Made by a program: the position numbers and the translations under genes. A DNA stretch of 64,000 nucleotides from Thermodesulfobacteriota bacterium (GTDB lineage Bacteria; Desulfobacterota_D; UBA1144), in NCBI GenBank assembly GCA_036340075.1, contig JAYYZJ010000012.1, forward strand, positions 1 to 64,000. The letters are read 5' to 3'. Of this stretch, positions 41,735 through 51,729 are shown one piece after another. The number at the start of each line of letters is the position of its first letter. Within the stretch, counting starts at the first letter, position 1. Below the pieces are notes generated by a model. It had not been told where the DNA came from, ran no database searches, and saw only the letters and a program-made list of their open reading frames with translations.

Positions 41735-42648
41735 CAACAAGCCTCCCCAATCCTCATCTTCGCACTTCTGGCCTTCTTGTTCATGCCCACTTCTTCTTCA
41801 GAAGGAATTAAAGGCTTCTTTGTTAGTCTTCGGAAAGTCTTTTTTTTGCCACAATTGCATATCATTACAGATTTTGGACATATACATTCTGATTCAGCCT
41901 GCTTAAAGAATTGTTTAACTATTCTATCTTCTAAAGAATGAAACGTAATTATAATGAGCCTCCCCCCTTTCTTTAGAATTGATCGAGATTTACTTAAGAA
42001 ACTGCTTAAGGAAATTAGCTCACCATTAACTTCTATTCTGAGGGCTTGAAATGTTCGTGTAGCTGAATCTATCTTTGTTATTGATTTGTTAGATTGGCGA
42101 ATTATTTCAGCTAGTTCAAAACAAGTTTTAATTTCTTTTTTGCTCCTATGTCTTACTATTGCAGACGCAATCTTAAAATGATTCTTTTCTTCACCGAAAT
42201 TTTTAATCAAATCTGATAAATCTTTAATATTGTAATTGTTTACAATTCTATGAGCAGTAAGTTGTTGTTTCTTGTCAATCCGCATATCTAACAAAGATTT
42301 TTCATCAAAACTAAATCCACGAGATGCGCTAAGGAGCTGGTAGGTCGATATACCTAAATCCGCAATAATTCCATCAACTTTTTCGTTAACTAAATTATCT
42401 ATGTCTTTGAAATTACCTTGGATATAAGTGATATTTTTGGAATGGTCTGATAAATTTTCTTTTGCCATACTTAATGATTCTTCGTCAAGATCAATACAGA
42501 ACATTTTTTTTGGTTTTATATCTGATTCCATTATTGCATGAGTATGTCCTCCCATACCCAACGTGGCATCAATATATACAGCATTCTTTTTTTTCTCTAA
42601 ATTCTTGATAATTTCGTGCTTCATGACTGGTTCATGATAGCTAGACAT
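41734..42648 (-). CDS. rsmH: 16S rRNA m4C1402 methyltransferase
   Basis: HEPVM, DATLGMGGH, DLGIS, LDMR, FQALRIEVN, FHSLEDRIVK, ARSAKMR; start moved to ATG 42648. Confidence 0.96.
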   Translation of the reverse strand: MSSYHEPVMKHEIIKNLEKKKNAVYIDATLGMGGHTHAIMESDIKPKKMFCIDLDEESLSMAKENLSDHSKNITYIQGNFKDIDNLVNEKVDGIIADLGISTYQLLSASRGFSFDEKSLLDMRIDKKQQLTAHRIVNNYNIKDLSDLIKNFGEEKNHFKIASAIVRHRSKKEIKTCFELAEIIRQSNKSITKIDSATRTFQALRIEVNGELISLSSFLSKSRSILKKGGRLIIITFHSLEDRIVKQFFKQAESECICPKSVMICNCGKKKTFRRLTKKPLIPSEEEVGMNKKARSAKMRIGEAC

Positions 42649-43099
42649 TTTCAATGGTCTCCCTGCTTTTTTGAAATTTTTTAAAGCTTGTCTTGTTGTT
42701 TGCTTCCCATGCTTTTTCTGACCAAATTTCAAACCTAGACAACATACCCACATAGACAATTGAACTCTTAATAGTTAAACCTTTTCTTATAGCGGTAGGA
42801 ATCATAATCCTTCCTTCTGTATCAATTTCGCATTCGTTTGCATTGCCTATTAAATATCTTTCGAATTCAACTATATCTGTTTTGAACTGAGGTAGTTCGG
42901 ATATTTTAGATTCTAATTTTTCCCACTCGGACAAGGGATAGCCAACAGCGCATTGATCAAAAGAGGAAATAATAATTTTATTTGTTTTATATTTTTTTCT
43001 TAAAATCTCTCTAAACCTTACAGGCATACTAGTCCTACCCGAACTTGAAATCTTATGAATATATTGACCTCTAAACACATCTATACCAAAATCTGCCAT
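42641..43099 (-). CDS. mraZ: transcriptional regulator MraZ
   Basis: FRGQYIHKI..GR..P..FR, DTEGRIMIP, FEIW; head of the dcw cluster. Confidence 0.93.
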   Translation of the reverse strand: MADFGIDVFRGQYIHKISSSGRTSMPVRFREILRKKYKTNKIIISSFDQCAVGYPLSEWEKLESKISELPQFKTDIVEFERYLIGNANECEIDTEGRIMIPTAIRKGLTIKSSIVYVGMLSRFEIWSEKAWEANNKTSFKKFQKSRETIENV

Positions 43100-43177
43100 A
43101 AAATGACAAATTACGCCTTGATGGAATTGTTACAAAAAAGCTTAATAAAGTCAAGAAGATAGGTTAGTATTGAGGCG

Positions 43178-43384
43178 ATGGCACAAATTAAATTAAAATT
43201 AGAGAGCAAGAAGAAAATAGTACTTTTTCAGTTTTTGTATTCACAGAATCTACATTTAGGCTGGTCAAGATCAGATAGTTTAAATCCAGAATTCATGACC
43301 ATATATACAACAGATGACTTAATTAAGAAGAATATAGAGATTTTAAAGAAAATTGATAATTATGTGAGCCTTTCTTTGCTTTAG
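43178..43384 (+). CDS. small hypothetical protein
   Basis: 68-aa ORF that fills the gap between mraZ and the convergent MBL gene; TAGTAT 7 nt upstream. Confidence 0.55.
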   Translation: MAQIKLKLESKKKIVLFQFLYSQNLHLGWSRSDSLNPEFMTIYTTDDLIKKNIEILKKIDNYVSLSLL

Positions 43385-43386
43385 CT

Positions 43387-44322
43387 CTAGGAAGCTTTTT
43401 CGGTTTCAACCAAATGTTTAAAACCAGTAATGCTACTTACTAAAGCTCTTCTTAGGCCACCATATTCACCTGGATGTTGTTCTTGAGAAAAAAGTTTACC
43501 TGCACCATAGTCGACTTTTGAAAGTTCTTTCGCAATTAATTCTTCATCTTGAATTCCTTTTTCTAGAGAATTCGATACTGCTTCTTTCCAAACTTCAAGC
43601 TGTTCTATGTGCTGACTCATCAAACTCATTCCGCTTTCTCTTAATGCATGATGAGCAAAAGCAAGGCTATCCGGTTTCTTTTCCATCATAGACTTTATCG
43701 AGGCTATGCCAGATTCAATTCTATAAGGTTGAGGTGTAGTTGGAACTAATATGTTTAATGAATTTATATACATGCCTACGGCATCACCACAAAACATTAT
43801 TTTCTTATTTTCCAACATAAAACTAAAATGATGACTTGCATGACCAGGAGTTTCTATCCAACTAAATTCAAGATCATTCACCTTAATTTCATATGTTTTT
43901 TCATCTAAAGACACAAGACATTCTTCTTTAACTGGCTCTGGTTTTTCATACATTTCAGCAACCCATCCAAGAGTATCAACAGAGGATTGCCAAAGAACCT
44001 TTTCTGGGTCAACAAGGTGAGGAACACCTCTTCTATGAACCAAAACCTGAGTGTTTGGAAAGTTCTTTAGTAAAGTCCCTAATCCCCCTGAGTGGTCTAA
44101 ATGAATATGAGTTAAAAACACATATTTTAAATTATCTTTATTTACTCCCAATATTCCAAGCTGCCTTTCTAGCTCTGGTATTCCACAGGTTGGACCGACA
44201 TCAACTATTATATAGTCATCATTTGCCTTTATTAGATATGGTGCAATAAATTCTTTATCATTATTGACCTTTAAATCTAACTGCCAAATTATTTCATCAA
44301 GCTGCCGTATATTTTTTTCCAT
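43387..44322 (-). CDS. MBL-fold metallo-hydrolase
   Basis: THIHLDHSGG, TPGHASHH, GDA, FAH metal-binding motifs. Confidence 0.9.
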   Translation of the reverse strand: MEKNIRQLDEIIWQLDLKVNNDKEFIAPYLIKANDDYIIVDVGPTCGIPELERQLGILGVNKDNLKYVFLTHIHLDHSGGLGTLLKNFPNTQVLVHRRGVPHLVDPEKVLWQSSVDTLGWVAEMYEKPEPVKEECLVSLDEKTYEIKVNDLEFSWIETPGHASHHFSFMLENKKIMFCGDAVGMYINSLNILVPTTPQPYRIESGIASIKSMMEKKPDSLAFAHHALRESGMSLMSQHIEQLEVWKEAVSNSLEKGIQDEELIAKELSKVDYGAGKLFSQEQHPGEYGGLRRALVSSITGFKHLVETEKAS

Positions 44323-44389
44323 AAGAATATTTTATAATTTTGAATAGTATTTTATATACTTTTACCCCTTAGGTAAAGGGAGCAACATT

Positions 44390-45913
44390 ATAAAGAGTTT
44401 TTTTTCCTCATCAATTAGAGTCGGTTTCTTAACATTCATAAGTAGAATATTTGGCTATATTAGAGATTTGCTAATTACTTTCTTCTTTGGTGCAAATGTT
44501 GAAACAGATGCATTCTATGTAGCTTTTAGGATACCAAATTTATTCAGAAGACTTCTGGCAGAAGGAACTTTAAGCGCTACGCTTGTACCTTTTTTTACTG
44601 AATCAAGTCTATCTAAAAATAGAAATGTTTTTAAGAAACTCAGAAATGATGTTTTTACCATTTTATTTATTTTACTTTTGGTAACAACCCTGTTGTTTTA
44701 TTTCTTTTCCTCCGAGATTATTTCGTTATTTGCATTTGGATTTGACGAATCTACTAATGAAATATCATCCGACTTATTGAGAAATATGTCACCATTTCTG
44801 TTTTTAATATCTTTGTCTGCTCTAAATATGGGTTTGCTCAATTCAGTTAAAAAATTTAATGCACCTGCTTTTTCACCGGTAATGTTGAACCTGGGAATAA
44901 TAGGAACAATTATCTTTTCATATTATTTCTTATCAATCAGCATCTTTACCTTATCATACGCTGTTTTGTTTGGGGCAATTTTACAATACTTGTTCCAATT
45001 GCCTTTTATATTGTCAAACAAACTCGGCTACTTCTTTTCATTTAGTGACATAATTAACAAAGAAACTAGAAGTATTTTTGTGGTAATAGTCCCTCAAATT
45101 TTTGGTCTAGCAATTTATAATCTGAATATTTTAGTTAATACTCAATTTGCTTCATTTATGGAGAAAGGAGCTGTTACTTATCTATATTTGGCCGAAAGAT
45201 TAATTGAGTTTCCATTAGGCATCTTTGCAGTCGCAGTCGCTACTACTTCTTTGCCAGATTTTGCCAAACTTAATATTAATAAAAAATTTGGTGAATTTTC
45301 ATCCTTACTTAATAGCAAAATAAAATTTTTATTTTTTTTGTCAACGCCATGTGCTGTAGCCTTTATTTTATTAGGAGAAGAAATTTGTTCCGTACTATAT
45401 TTAAGAGGAGAGTTTCTTTATTCTGATGCAATTCTAACCTCAAAAGCTTTGGGAGCTTATTCTGTAGGATTAGTGTTTGTTGGGTCTATAAGAGTATTAA
45501 CTCAAGCCTTCTATGCAATAAAAGATACAAAAACTCCCGTATTATTAGCAGGTGCCAATCTGGCTACTAATATAGCTTTATGTTATTTGCTCGGTTTTTA
45601 TTTAGATTTAGGATTCTATGGCCTAGCTCTAGCTGCATCAATTTCCGCAATAATCTTGTTCTTTATGTTAGCAATGAAACTGAATTCTTACTTGGGACAA
45701 GTTAATATTTATGAAATTATTAGATATTTCATAATCATCGTTCTTATTTCTTTAGTTTCAATCTACACAAGCATTTTAATTGTAGGATCTATAGGGCATA
45801 TATATTCAAACTTATATGTTGATTTAGCACTGGCAATTATCTTCTCCGCATTGTTTTATTTTTGTTTAGCTAAAATAATAAAACTTGATGAATTAAAGAT
45901 GATTTTTGAATAA
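44390..45913 (+). CDS. murJ: lipid II flippase MurJ (MviN)
   Basis: SRIFGYIRD (upstream of the ORF-track start), DAFYVAFRIPNLFRRLLAEG, RLIEFPLG, FYAIKDTKTP; start appears to be non-canonical ATA 44390 or ATT 44387. Confidence 0.93.
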   Translation: MKSFFSSSIRVGFLTFISRIFGYIRDLLITFFFGANVETDAFYVAFRIPNLFRRLLAEGTLSATLVPFFTESSLSKNRNVFKKLRNDVFTILFILLLVTTLLFYFFSSEIISLFAFGFDESTNEISSDLLRNMSPFLFLISLSALNMGLLNSVKKFNAPAFSPVMLNLGIIGTIIFSYYFLSISIFTLSYAVLFGAILQYLFQLPFILSNKLGYFFSFSDIINKETRSIFVVIVPQIFGLAIYNLNILVNTQFASFMEKGAVTYLYLAERLIEFPLGIFAVAVATTSLPDFAKLNINKKFGEFSSLLNSKIKFLFFLSTPCAVAFILLGEEICSVLYLRGEFLYSDAILTSKALGAYSVGLVFVGSIRVLTQAFYAIKDTKTPVLLAGANLATNIALCYLLGFYLDLGFYGLALAASISAIILFFMLAMKLNSYLGQVNIYEIIRYFIIIVLISLVSIYTSILIVGSIGHIYSNLYVDLALAIIFSALFYFCLAKIIKLDELKMIFE

Positions 45914-45955
45914 TTTCTATTGTGTATAGAATTATTTTGTTTTAACCTAAGCTTA

Positions 45956-46387
45956 ATGAGAGTTCTAGTAATAAATGGTCCCAATTTAAATATGTTAGGA
46001 AAAAGGGAAAAGGATATTTATGGTACTCTGACTTTGGATGAAATCAATCAATTGATGACAGACAAGGCAGAAGAATTAGGGATTGAAATAGATTTCTATC
46101 AATCTAATGAAGAAGGGAAGATTGTGTCCAAAATTCAGGAATGTAAAGAGGATGAAGATTTTATAATTATTAATCCAGCTGCTTTTACTCATACTAGCAT
46201 TGCCATAAGAGATGCTTTGCTTTCTGTTAAGGTAAAATTTATTGAAGTGCATCTATCAAACATCTTCGAAAGAGAAGATTTCCGACAACATTCTTTTGTT
46301 TCTTCAATTGCATTAGGAGTAATTTCTGGATTCGGACATCATGGTTACATTATGGCTCTCGATGCATTAAGCAATCTGCAAAAATAA
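45956..46387 (+). CDS. aroQ: type II 3-dehydroquinate dehydratase
   Basis: NGPNLNMLGKRE..YG, QSNEEG, NPAAFTHTS, EVHLSN, REDFR. Confidence 0.96.
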   Translation: MRVLVINGPNLNMLGKREKDIYGTLTLDEINQLMTDKAEELGIEIDFYQSNEEGKIVSKIQECKEDEDFIIINPAAFTHTSIAIRDALLSVKVKFIEVHLSNIFEREDFRQHSFVSSIALGVISGFGHHGYIMALDALSNLQK

Positions 46388-46394
46388 AATTACT

Positions 46395-48089
46395 ATGAAC
46401 TATTGTTGGAACGTTAAAACTCCAGACCAAGAAAAAATTAAACTTTTGTGTGCCGAGTTAGGCATATCATTCTTCTTTTCGAAACTTTTGGTAAGTAGAG
46501 GTTTGTCGGATATTAATCAAGTTAAGGAGTTTCTTTCCCCAACATTAGACAAGTTGCCAAACCCTTTCTTGCTTAAAGGTATGGAGAAGAGTGTAGAAAG
46601 GATAATTCAAGCAATTGAAAGCTCGGAAAAAATTGCTATCTATGGAGATTTCGATTGCGATGGGATTACTTCAACAGCAATTCTTTACGATTTTCTAAAA
46701 AGGGTTGAAGGAAATGCCGTTTTTTATAATCCTCAGAGAATTGAAGAAGGATACGGAATCAATTTCAAATCAATAGAAAAACTATCAAGTGAGGGAGTAA
46801 CATTAATTATTTCCACAGATTGTGGAATCTCTGAAAACGAAGTAGTTGAAAAAAGCAAAACTCTTAATATAGATTTTATAATTACTGATCATCACACTGC
46901 CCCTGAAATTCTTCCAGAGGCTGTATCTATTGTTAACCCGAAACAATCAGATTGTGAATACCCATTTAAAGAGATTTGTGCTGCTGGTGTTGTGTTCAAT
47001 TTAATCATGGCCCTAAGAAGCGAACTTCGTAAAAGAGAGTATTTCGAATTCATTAAGGAACCAAATTTGAAAAGATATTTAGATTTGGTTGCTATAGCAA
47101 CAATAGCTGACAGCATGCCCATAACGAATATAAATAGAATTTTTGTTTCCAACGGTCTTAATGAAATCCCGAAGACTGACAAAAAAGGCCTATTGGCTTT
47201 GATAAGAAATAATGACAAAAAAAAATATTCTACTAGAGATGTTTCCTTTCAGGTTGCACCAAAGATTAATGCAGCAGGTAGAGTTGGGAAAGCAACTAAT
47301 GCAGTAAAACTCTTAGTTGAAGAAAACCCGGAAGAAATAAATTCATTAGTTGCAATAATCGATCAAGATAATTCTAGGCGTCAAAAAATTCAAGAACAAG
47401 TTCTAACAGAAGCAATATCTATGAGTAAAGATATTATCAAGCAGGATAAAGATAGAAATTCATTAGTTCTTTCTTCGGAAGATTGGCACCCAGGCGTTAT
47501 AGGTATTGTCGCCTCCAAGATTTCGGAGAACTTTAGTAGGCCTTGCGCGATTATTTCACTAAAAAATGGAATTGGGAAAGGAAGCTTAAGAACAAGAAGC
47601 AATATAAATCTTTACCAGGTTCTTAAGGAATGCGAATCTACTTTAGTTCAGTATGGAGGACACAGTGGAGCAGCAGGGATAACTATCGATAATAATGAAA
47701 TTGAGAACTTTTCGAAAATATTCGAATCATCTGTACAAAATTACGAACATAAAGAGGAAGAGCGTTTTCCAGATATTGACCTAGATTTTGATGAAATTAA
47801 TTCAAAAACTCTAATTGATTTACAACGAATGGAGCCTTTTGGGCGAGAGAACGAAAACCCAACTTTCGTAACGCATAATTTAAAAATTAAAAGTAAAAAG
47901 ATTTTAAAGGAAAAGCATTTAGAAATATTTTTGGAAAAAGAAGAAACTGTTAGAAGAGCAATTTGGTTTAATTTTTCTAAACAGCTTAATGTGGGAGATA
48001 CCGTAGATATTATTTATAGAATACAAAAGGATAATTACAGTAATTACTCAAATATTTCCTTAATAGTTGAAGATTTGAGAAGCACTTGA
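46395..48089 (+). CDS. recJ: single-stranded-DNA-specific exonuclease RecJ
   Basis: YGDFDCDG, EGYG, TDCG, TDHH, PKINAAGR, GSLR, GGHSGAAG. Confidence 0.95.
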   Translation: MNYCWNVKTPDQEKIKLLCAELGISFFFSKLLVSRGLSDINQVKEFLSPTLDKLPNPFLLKGMEKSVERIIQAIESSEKIAIYGDFDCDGITSTAILYDFLKRVEGNAVFYNPQRIEEGYGINFKSIEKLSSEGVTLIISTDCGISENEVVEKSKTLNIDFIITDHHTAPEILPEAVSIVNPKQSDCEYPFKEICAAGVVFNLIMALRSELRKREYFEFIKEPNLKRYLDLVAIATIADSMPITNINRIFVSNGLNEIPKTDKKGLLALIRNNDKKKYSTRDVSFQVAPKINAAGRVGKATNAVKLLVEENPEEINSLVAIIDQDNSRRQKIQEQVLTEAISMSKDIIKQDKDRNSLVLSSEDWHPGVIGIVASKISENFSRPCAIISLKNGIGKGSLRTRSNINLYQVLKECESTLVQYGGHSGAAGITIDNNEIENFSKIFESSVQNYEHKEEERFPDIDLDFDEINSKTLIDLQRMEPFGRENENPTFVTHNLKIKSKKILKEKHLEIFLEKEETVRRAIWFNFSKQLNVGDTVDIIYRIQKDNYSNYSNISLIVEDLRST

Positions 48090-48114
48090 CATTAAAGATT
48101 TTAAGCTACATAAT
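48086..48114 (+). promoter_or_regulatory. sigma70 promoter TTGACA-N17-CATAAT
   Basis: Near-consensus -35 and -10 with 17-bp spacer ahead of the beta-barrel gene. Confidence 0.7.
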
Positions 48115-48138
48115 CTCAGAAAAAAGAGGTAGTTGTTA

Positions 48139-48747
48139 ATGAAATTGTTTAAAAGTTTTTTTATTTTTCTTACTATTATTTTTATGAGTGTATCAGTTCA
48201 CTCTATTGCAAAAGAGGAAATAAAACAGACTGATTATTCTTCAGAATCGGAAACCATAAAAGATTCAAAGGTGAAATCTGGCTCTGAGATTAAAAAGAAG
48301 TTTGAATACAATAAAACCTATGGACCTTCCCCTATTTTGTCTTTTGGAGCAGGTGCTTCTGCTAGCCCCGCAGGTTATTCTCTAATCACGAGATTAGACA
48401 TTCCTTGGAAAAATGACTTATATATAGGACCAGTTGGACAATTTGCCAAAGGAGATGGTGAAACTCTTGCTGGTATAACGGGTAACATCAAAAAACACTT
48501 ACCATCAACAGATCCAAAGATGATTCCATCTATTGAGGCTGGCATAGGATTTCTCGTAGATGATGAAGACAATGATAATGATGATAACAGCTCTTCTTTT
48601 CTAACTGTTGCTGGAGCAGGTTTTGACTATGTTATGTCAGACAATTTAAGCTTAGGAGCCCATGGTTACATGAATAATAGTTTTGATATGGACCACAAAG
48701 AGATATTCTTTACCTTCCTAGTTAGCTTAAATATTCGTCTATATTAA
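48139..48747 (+). CDS. putative small outer-membrane beta-barrel protein
   Basis: Signal peptide, alternating amphipathic strands (IEAGIGF, AGAGFDY), aromatic C-terminus (LNIRLY). Confidence 0.65.
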   Translation: MKLFKSFFIFLTIIFMSVSVHSIAKEEIKQTDYSSESETIKDSKVKSGSEIKKKFEYNKTYGPSPILSFGAGASASPAGYSLITRLDIPWKNDLYIGPVGQFAKGDGETLAGITGNIKKHLPSTDPKMIPSIEAGIGFLVDDEDNDNDDNSSSFLTVAGAGFDYVMSDNLSLGAHGYMNNSFDMDHKEIFFTFLVSLNIRLY

Positions 48748-48770
48748 CTTTATGCCTTTAGGCTAAAATA

Positions 48771-50153
48771 ATGGCTACTAAAAACCCAAAAAATATAATT
48801 ATTCTAGGAGCTGGATCAACAGGTGAATATCTTGCAGAAGAGCTTTCGGCAGAGCACAATATCACCCTTGTTGATAAAGACATTAACAAGATTAATCAGA
48901 TTAAAAACAAAACTAAAATGGATTTGCTAACAATATCCGGAGATGCTTCTGACTTAAGCATATTCAACGAAACAGATTTAAAAGAAATCAATTTCTTTAT
49001 TGCTTGTACAGATGATGACAAGCTTAATATTTTAACTGCTATGTATTTTGAGAAAATTCCAGGAGTTCAAACAATTGTTGTAACAAAAGATTATAGATAC
49101 AAAGACTATCCAGGGAAATTAGATGTTCCTGAGGTTAAAACATTTCATTCTGGGGACATAGTTTCGCAAAAAATTATGAATCTATTTGAAACACCTTATT
49201 CGTGGGAAACTGATAAAATAGCCGACTCTAGAATCTTATTTCTTAAAATCAAAATAGATGAATCAAGCCCAATACTAGATAATTCAATCTATTCATTAAA
49301 CAAAGAAGGTACTAATAAATGGAAATTTTTAGCAGTGACAGAAGACCCATCTTCTGAAAAATTGAATTTTATAAAGCCAGATTTACCTTCAACACGTCTA
49401 AGAAAAGGAGATATTGTTCTTGCAGTTATTGTTGATGATCATGAAGAAGAATTTGAAGCAAAATATTTTTCGAAAGAAGAAGCCGAATTAAAGAACATAT
49501 TTATTGTAGGGGGAACATATATCGCATCGGAAGTTGCAAAGAAGCTTGTAAGAAGAAAATGCAATGTAAAACTCTTAGTCCCAGAGCAAACAAGAGCTAG
49601 AGAACTCTCAGAAGAGCTAGAATCTGTACAGATAATTCTTGGAGAACCTACCGACGAGCAGCTTTTGGCAGATCAAGGAGTAGGTAAAGATTGTGATTAC
49701 TTTCTAGCTTTGACATCTGATGATGAGATTAATGTACTAAGTGCATTGTTATCAAGCAAATTAAAGGCCAGAAACTCATTAGTTGTATATTCTAAATCGG
49801 AATATCAAAATGTTATCAACAGCATTGGTGCCGAAAGAGAAATTAATACTAAATTCACTGTTGCTGGAGAAGTATGCACCTATATTATTACTACTGGCAA
49901 GATGGGCAAAAAGGGTTTTCATGAGACAATCGTTGATGCAAATACTAAAATATTCGAATTTAGATGCGAAGAAGATGTCAATGTTGAGGAAATTGCTGAA
50001 AACATTTCATTAGCTTTTACAATCAAGGAAGGGGAAGAGACTCAATATCTTACAAATCCCAAAGAAGGTATGGCACAAAAAGGAGATTTGGTCATAGCCG
50101 TAACACTGGATGCAAAATCAGAATCTAGTTTAGAATCAAAAATACTCAAATGA
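48771..50153 (+). CDS. trkA: Trk potassium uptake regulatory subunit
   Basis: Two RCK_N domains (ILGAGSTG; IVGGTYIA), TDDDKLN and TSDDEIN; ATGA overlap with trkH. Confidence 0.85.
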   Translation: MATKNPKNIIILGAGSTGEYLAEELSAEHNITLVDKDINKINQIKNKTKMDLLTISGDASDLSIFNETDLKEINFFIACTDDDKLNILTAMYFEKIPGVQTIVVTKDYRYKDYPGKLDVPEVKTFHSGDIVSQKIMNLFETPYSWETDKIADSRILFLKIKIDESSPILDNSIYSLNKEGTNKWKFLAVTEDPSSEKLNFIKPDLPSTRLRKGDIVLAVIVDDHEEEFEAKYFSKEEAELKNIFIVGGTYIASEVAKKLVRRKCNVKLLVPEQTRARELSEELESVQIILGEPTDEQLLADQGVGKDCDYFLALTSDDEINVLSALLSSKLKARNSLVVYSKSEYQNVINSIGAEREINTKFTVAGEVCTYIITTGKMGKKGFHETIVDANTKIFEFRCEEDVNVEEIAENISLAFTIKEGEETQYLTNPKEGMAQKGDLVIAVTLDAKSESSLESKILK

Positions 50154-51703
50154 ATTTAAATAAATCCTTTTACTTGATAGGTAATTTCATAATTTATTAT
50201 GGCCTTTTCTTACTGTTCCCGTTGTTTTCTTATTTTATTGTGGTTCCCAGCGATAAATTTTTTTCATCGAATGATTTTTTATTTCAACTAATACCTTTTG
50301 TAATTTCATCAGTTTTGTCTTTATCTCTGGGGTACGTAATAAAAAAAATTTTCTATGATGAGGAAAGTAGCAAGGAAGATTTAACGAGGAAGGATGGTTT
50401 CTTGTTAGCATCATTAGTTTGGATTTTTGCAGGGTTCTTAGGATCTCTCCCTTACTTTTTTTCTTCGATTAATATCTATGAAACTATAGGATTTACTTTA
50501 GATCCAGTATTCAAAGAAGATGTATTTGTTAATTCATTCTTTGAATCTGTTTCTGGAATTACAACTACAGGAGCCTCGGTCTTTTCTATCTTTCCATCTA
50601 CAGATAGTCATTCTTTTCTTATTTTCTGGCGCTCCTTGTCTCAGTGGCTAGGAGGGATAGGAATTATCTTGTTAGTTCTCATTGTCTTCCCAAGAATATC
50701 AGTTGGCATTATGCAAATTGCAAGCGACCAAGAGGGGACTGGTCCACAAAAAGAAAGAATTACACCAAGAATTTATGAAACAGGATTAAGATTGTTCTTT
50801 ATATATCTTGGAATTACAGTGCTATTAGCATGCCTATTGTTCTTTGTAGGTAAGTTGAATTTGTTTGATTCAATAGTTCACACCCTAAGCACAGTATCCA
50901 CAGGCGGCTTCTCTAGTTACCCTTTAAACATAGAAGCCCTTAACAATATTGCAGTAGAAACAATTCTTACAATTTTTATGTTCTTAGGTGGAATTAGTTT
51001 TGCGATTTATTATTTTGTTCTTTCTGGAAATTACAAAAAGATTATTGAAAATTCAGAATTTAAAACTTTCATTTCTTTGAATTTAATCTTAATAATGTTC
51101 ATCGTCTATCTTTTATTTGCATATAATGGATATAGTTTTATAGATAGTTTGAGATATGGTAGTTTCCAATCTATATCATTATCAACAGGAACCGGATTTA
51201 CTTCGTTTAATTTTAACAACTGGCCTAATAATATTAAATTAATCTTACTGGCCTTTATGCTTTTGGGAGGTTGTTCCGGCTCTACCACCGGAGGTATAAA
51301 AATTGTAAGAGTTATTATAGTGTTCAAAAGAATTCATAATGAAATAAAAAGAAGAATTAGTCCAAATACCGTTTCAACAGTAAAAATAAATGGTAAATCA
51401 GTTGATGAGGAAGTTGTGACAGGAGTTTTCAGCTTTCTGCTATTGTATTTGATTATATGTATATGTTCTGTTGCAGCGCTTCTAATTTTTGAGAACGACG
51501 TAAAATCATTAACTGCTTTATCTGCTGTAATTTCGAGTATAACAAATGTAGGTCCCGGTTTTGATCAAATTAACCCCCATTCTAACTATGCTTTTTTTTC
51601 CAACCAATCAAAAATACTACTGTCTTTCTTGATGTTTTTTGGGAGATTAGAATTATTTACAATGGTAGCGCTCTTAATACCTTCTTTTTGGAAAAAATAT
51701 TAA
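50150..51703 (+). CDS. trkH: Trk potassium uptake permease
   Basis: Pore loops TTTGAS, STGGFS, TGTGFT, TNVGPG; WLGGIG, GSTTGGIK, GRLE. Confidence 0.95.
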   Translation: MNLNKSFYLIGNFIIYYGLFLLFPLFSYFIVVPSDKFFSSNDFLFQLIPFVISSVLSLSLGYVIKKIFYDEESSKEDLTRKDGFLLASLVWIFAGFLGSLPYFFSSINIYETIGFTLDPVFKEDVFVNSFFESVSGITTTGASVFSIFPSTDSHSFLIFWRSLSQWLGGIGIILLVLIVFPRISVGIMQIASDQEGTGPQKERITPRIYETGLRLFFIYLGITVLLACLLFFVGKLNLFDSIVHTLSTVSTGGFSSYPLNIEALNNIAVETILTIFMFLGGISFAIYYFVLSGNYKKIIENSEFKTFISLNLILIMFIVYLLFAYNGYSFIDSLRYGSFQSISLSTGTGFTSFNFNNWPNNIKLILLAFMLLGGCSGSTTGGIKIVRVIIVFKRIHNEIKRRISPNTVSTVKINGKSVDEEVVTGVFSFLLLYLIICICSVAALLIFENDVKSLTALSAVISSITNVGPGFDQINPHSNYAFFSNQSKILLSFLMFFGRLELFTMVALLIPSFWKKY

Positions 51704-51729
51704 TTTCGTTATGTTAGAATTCATTTTTG

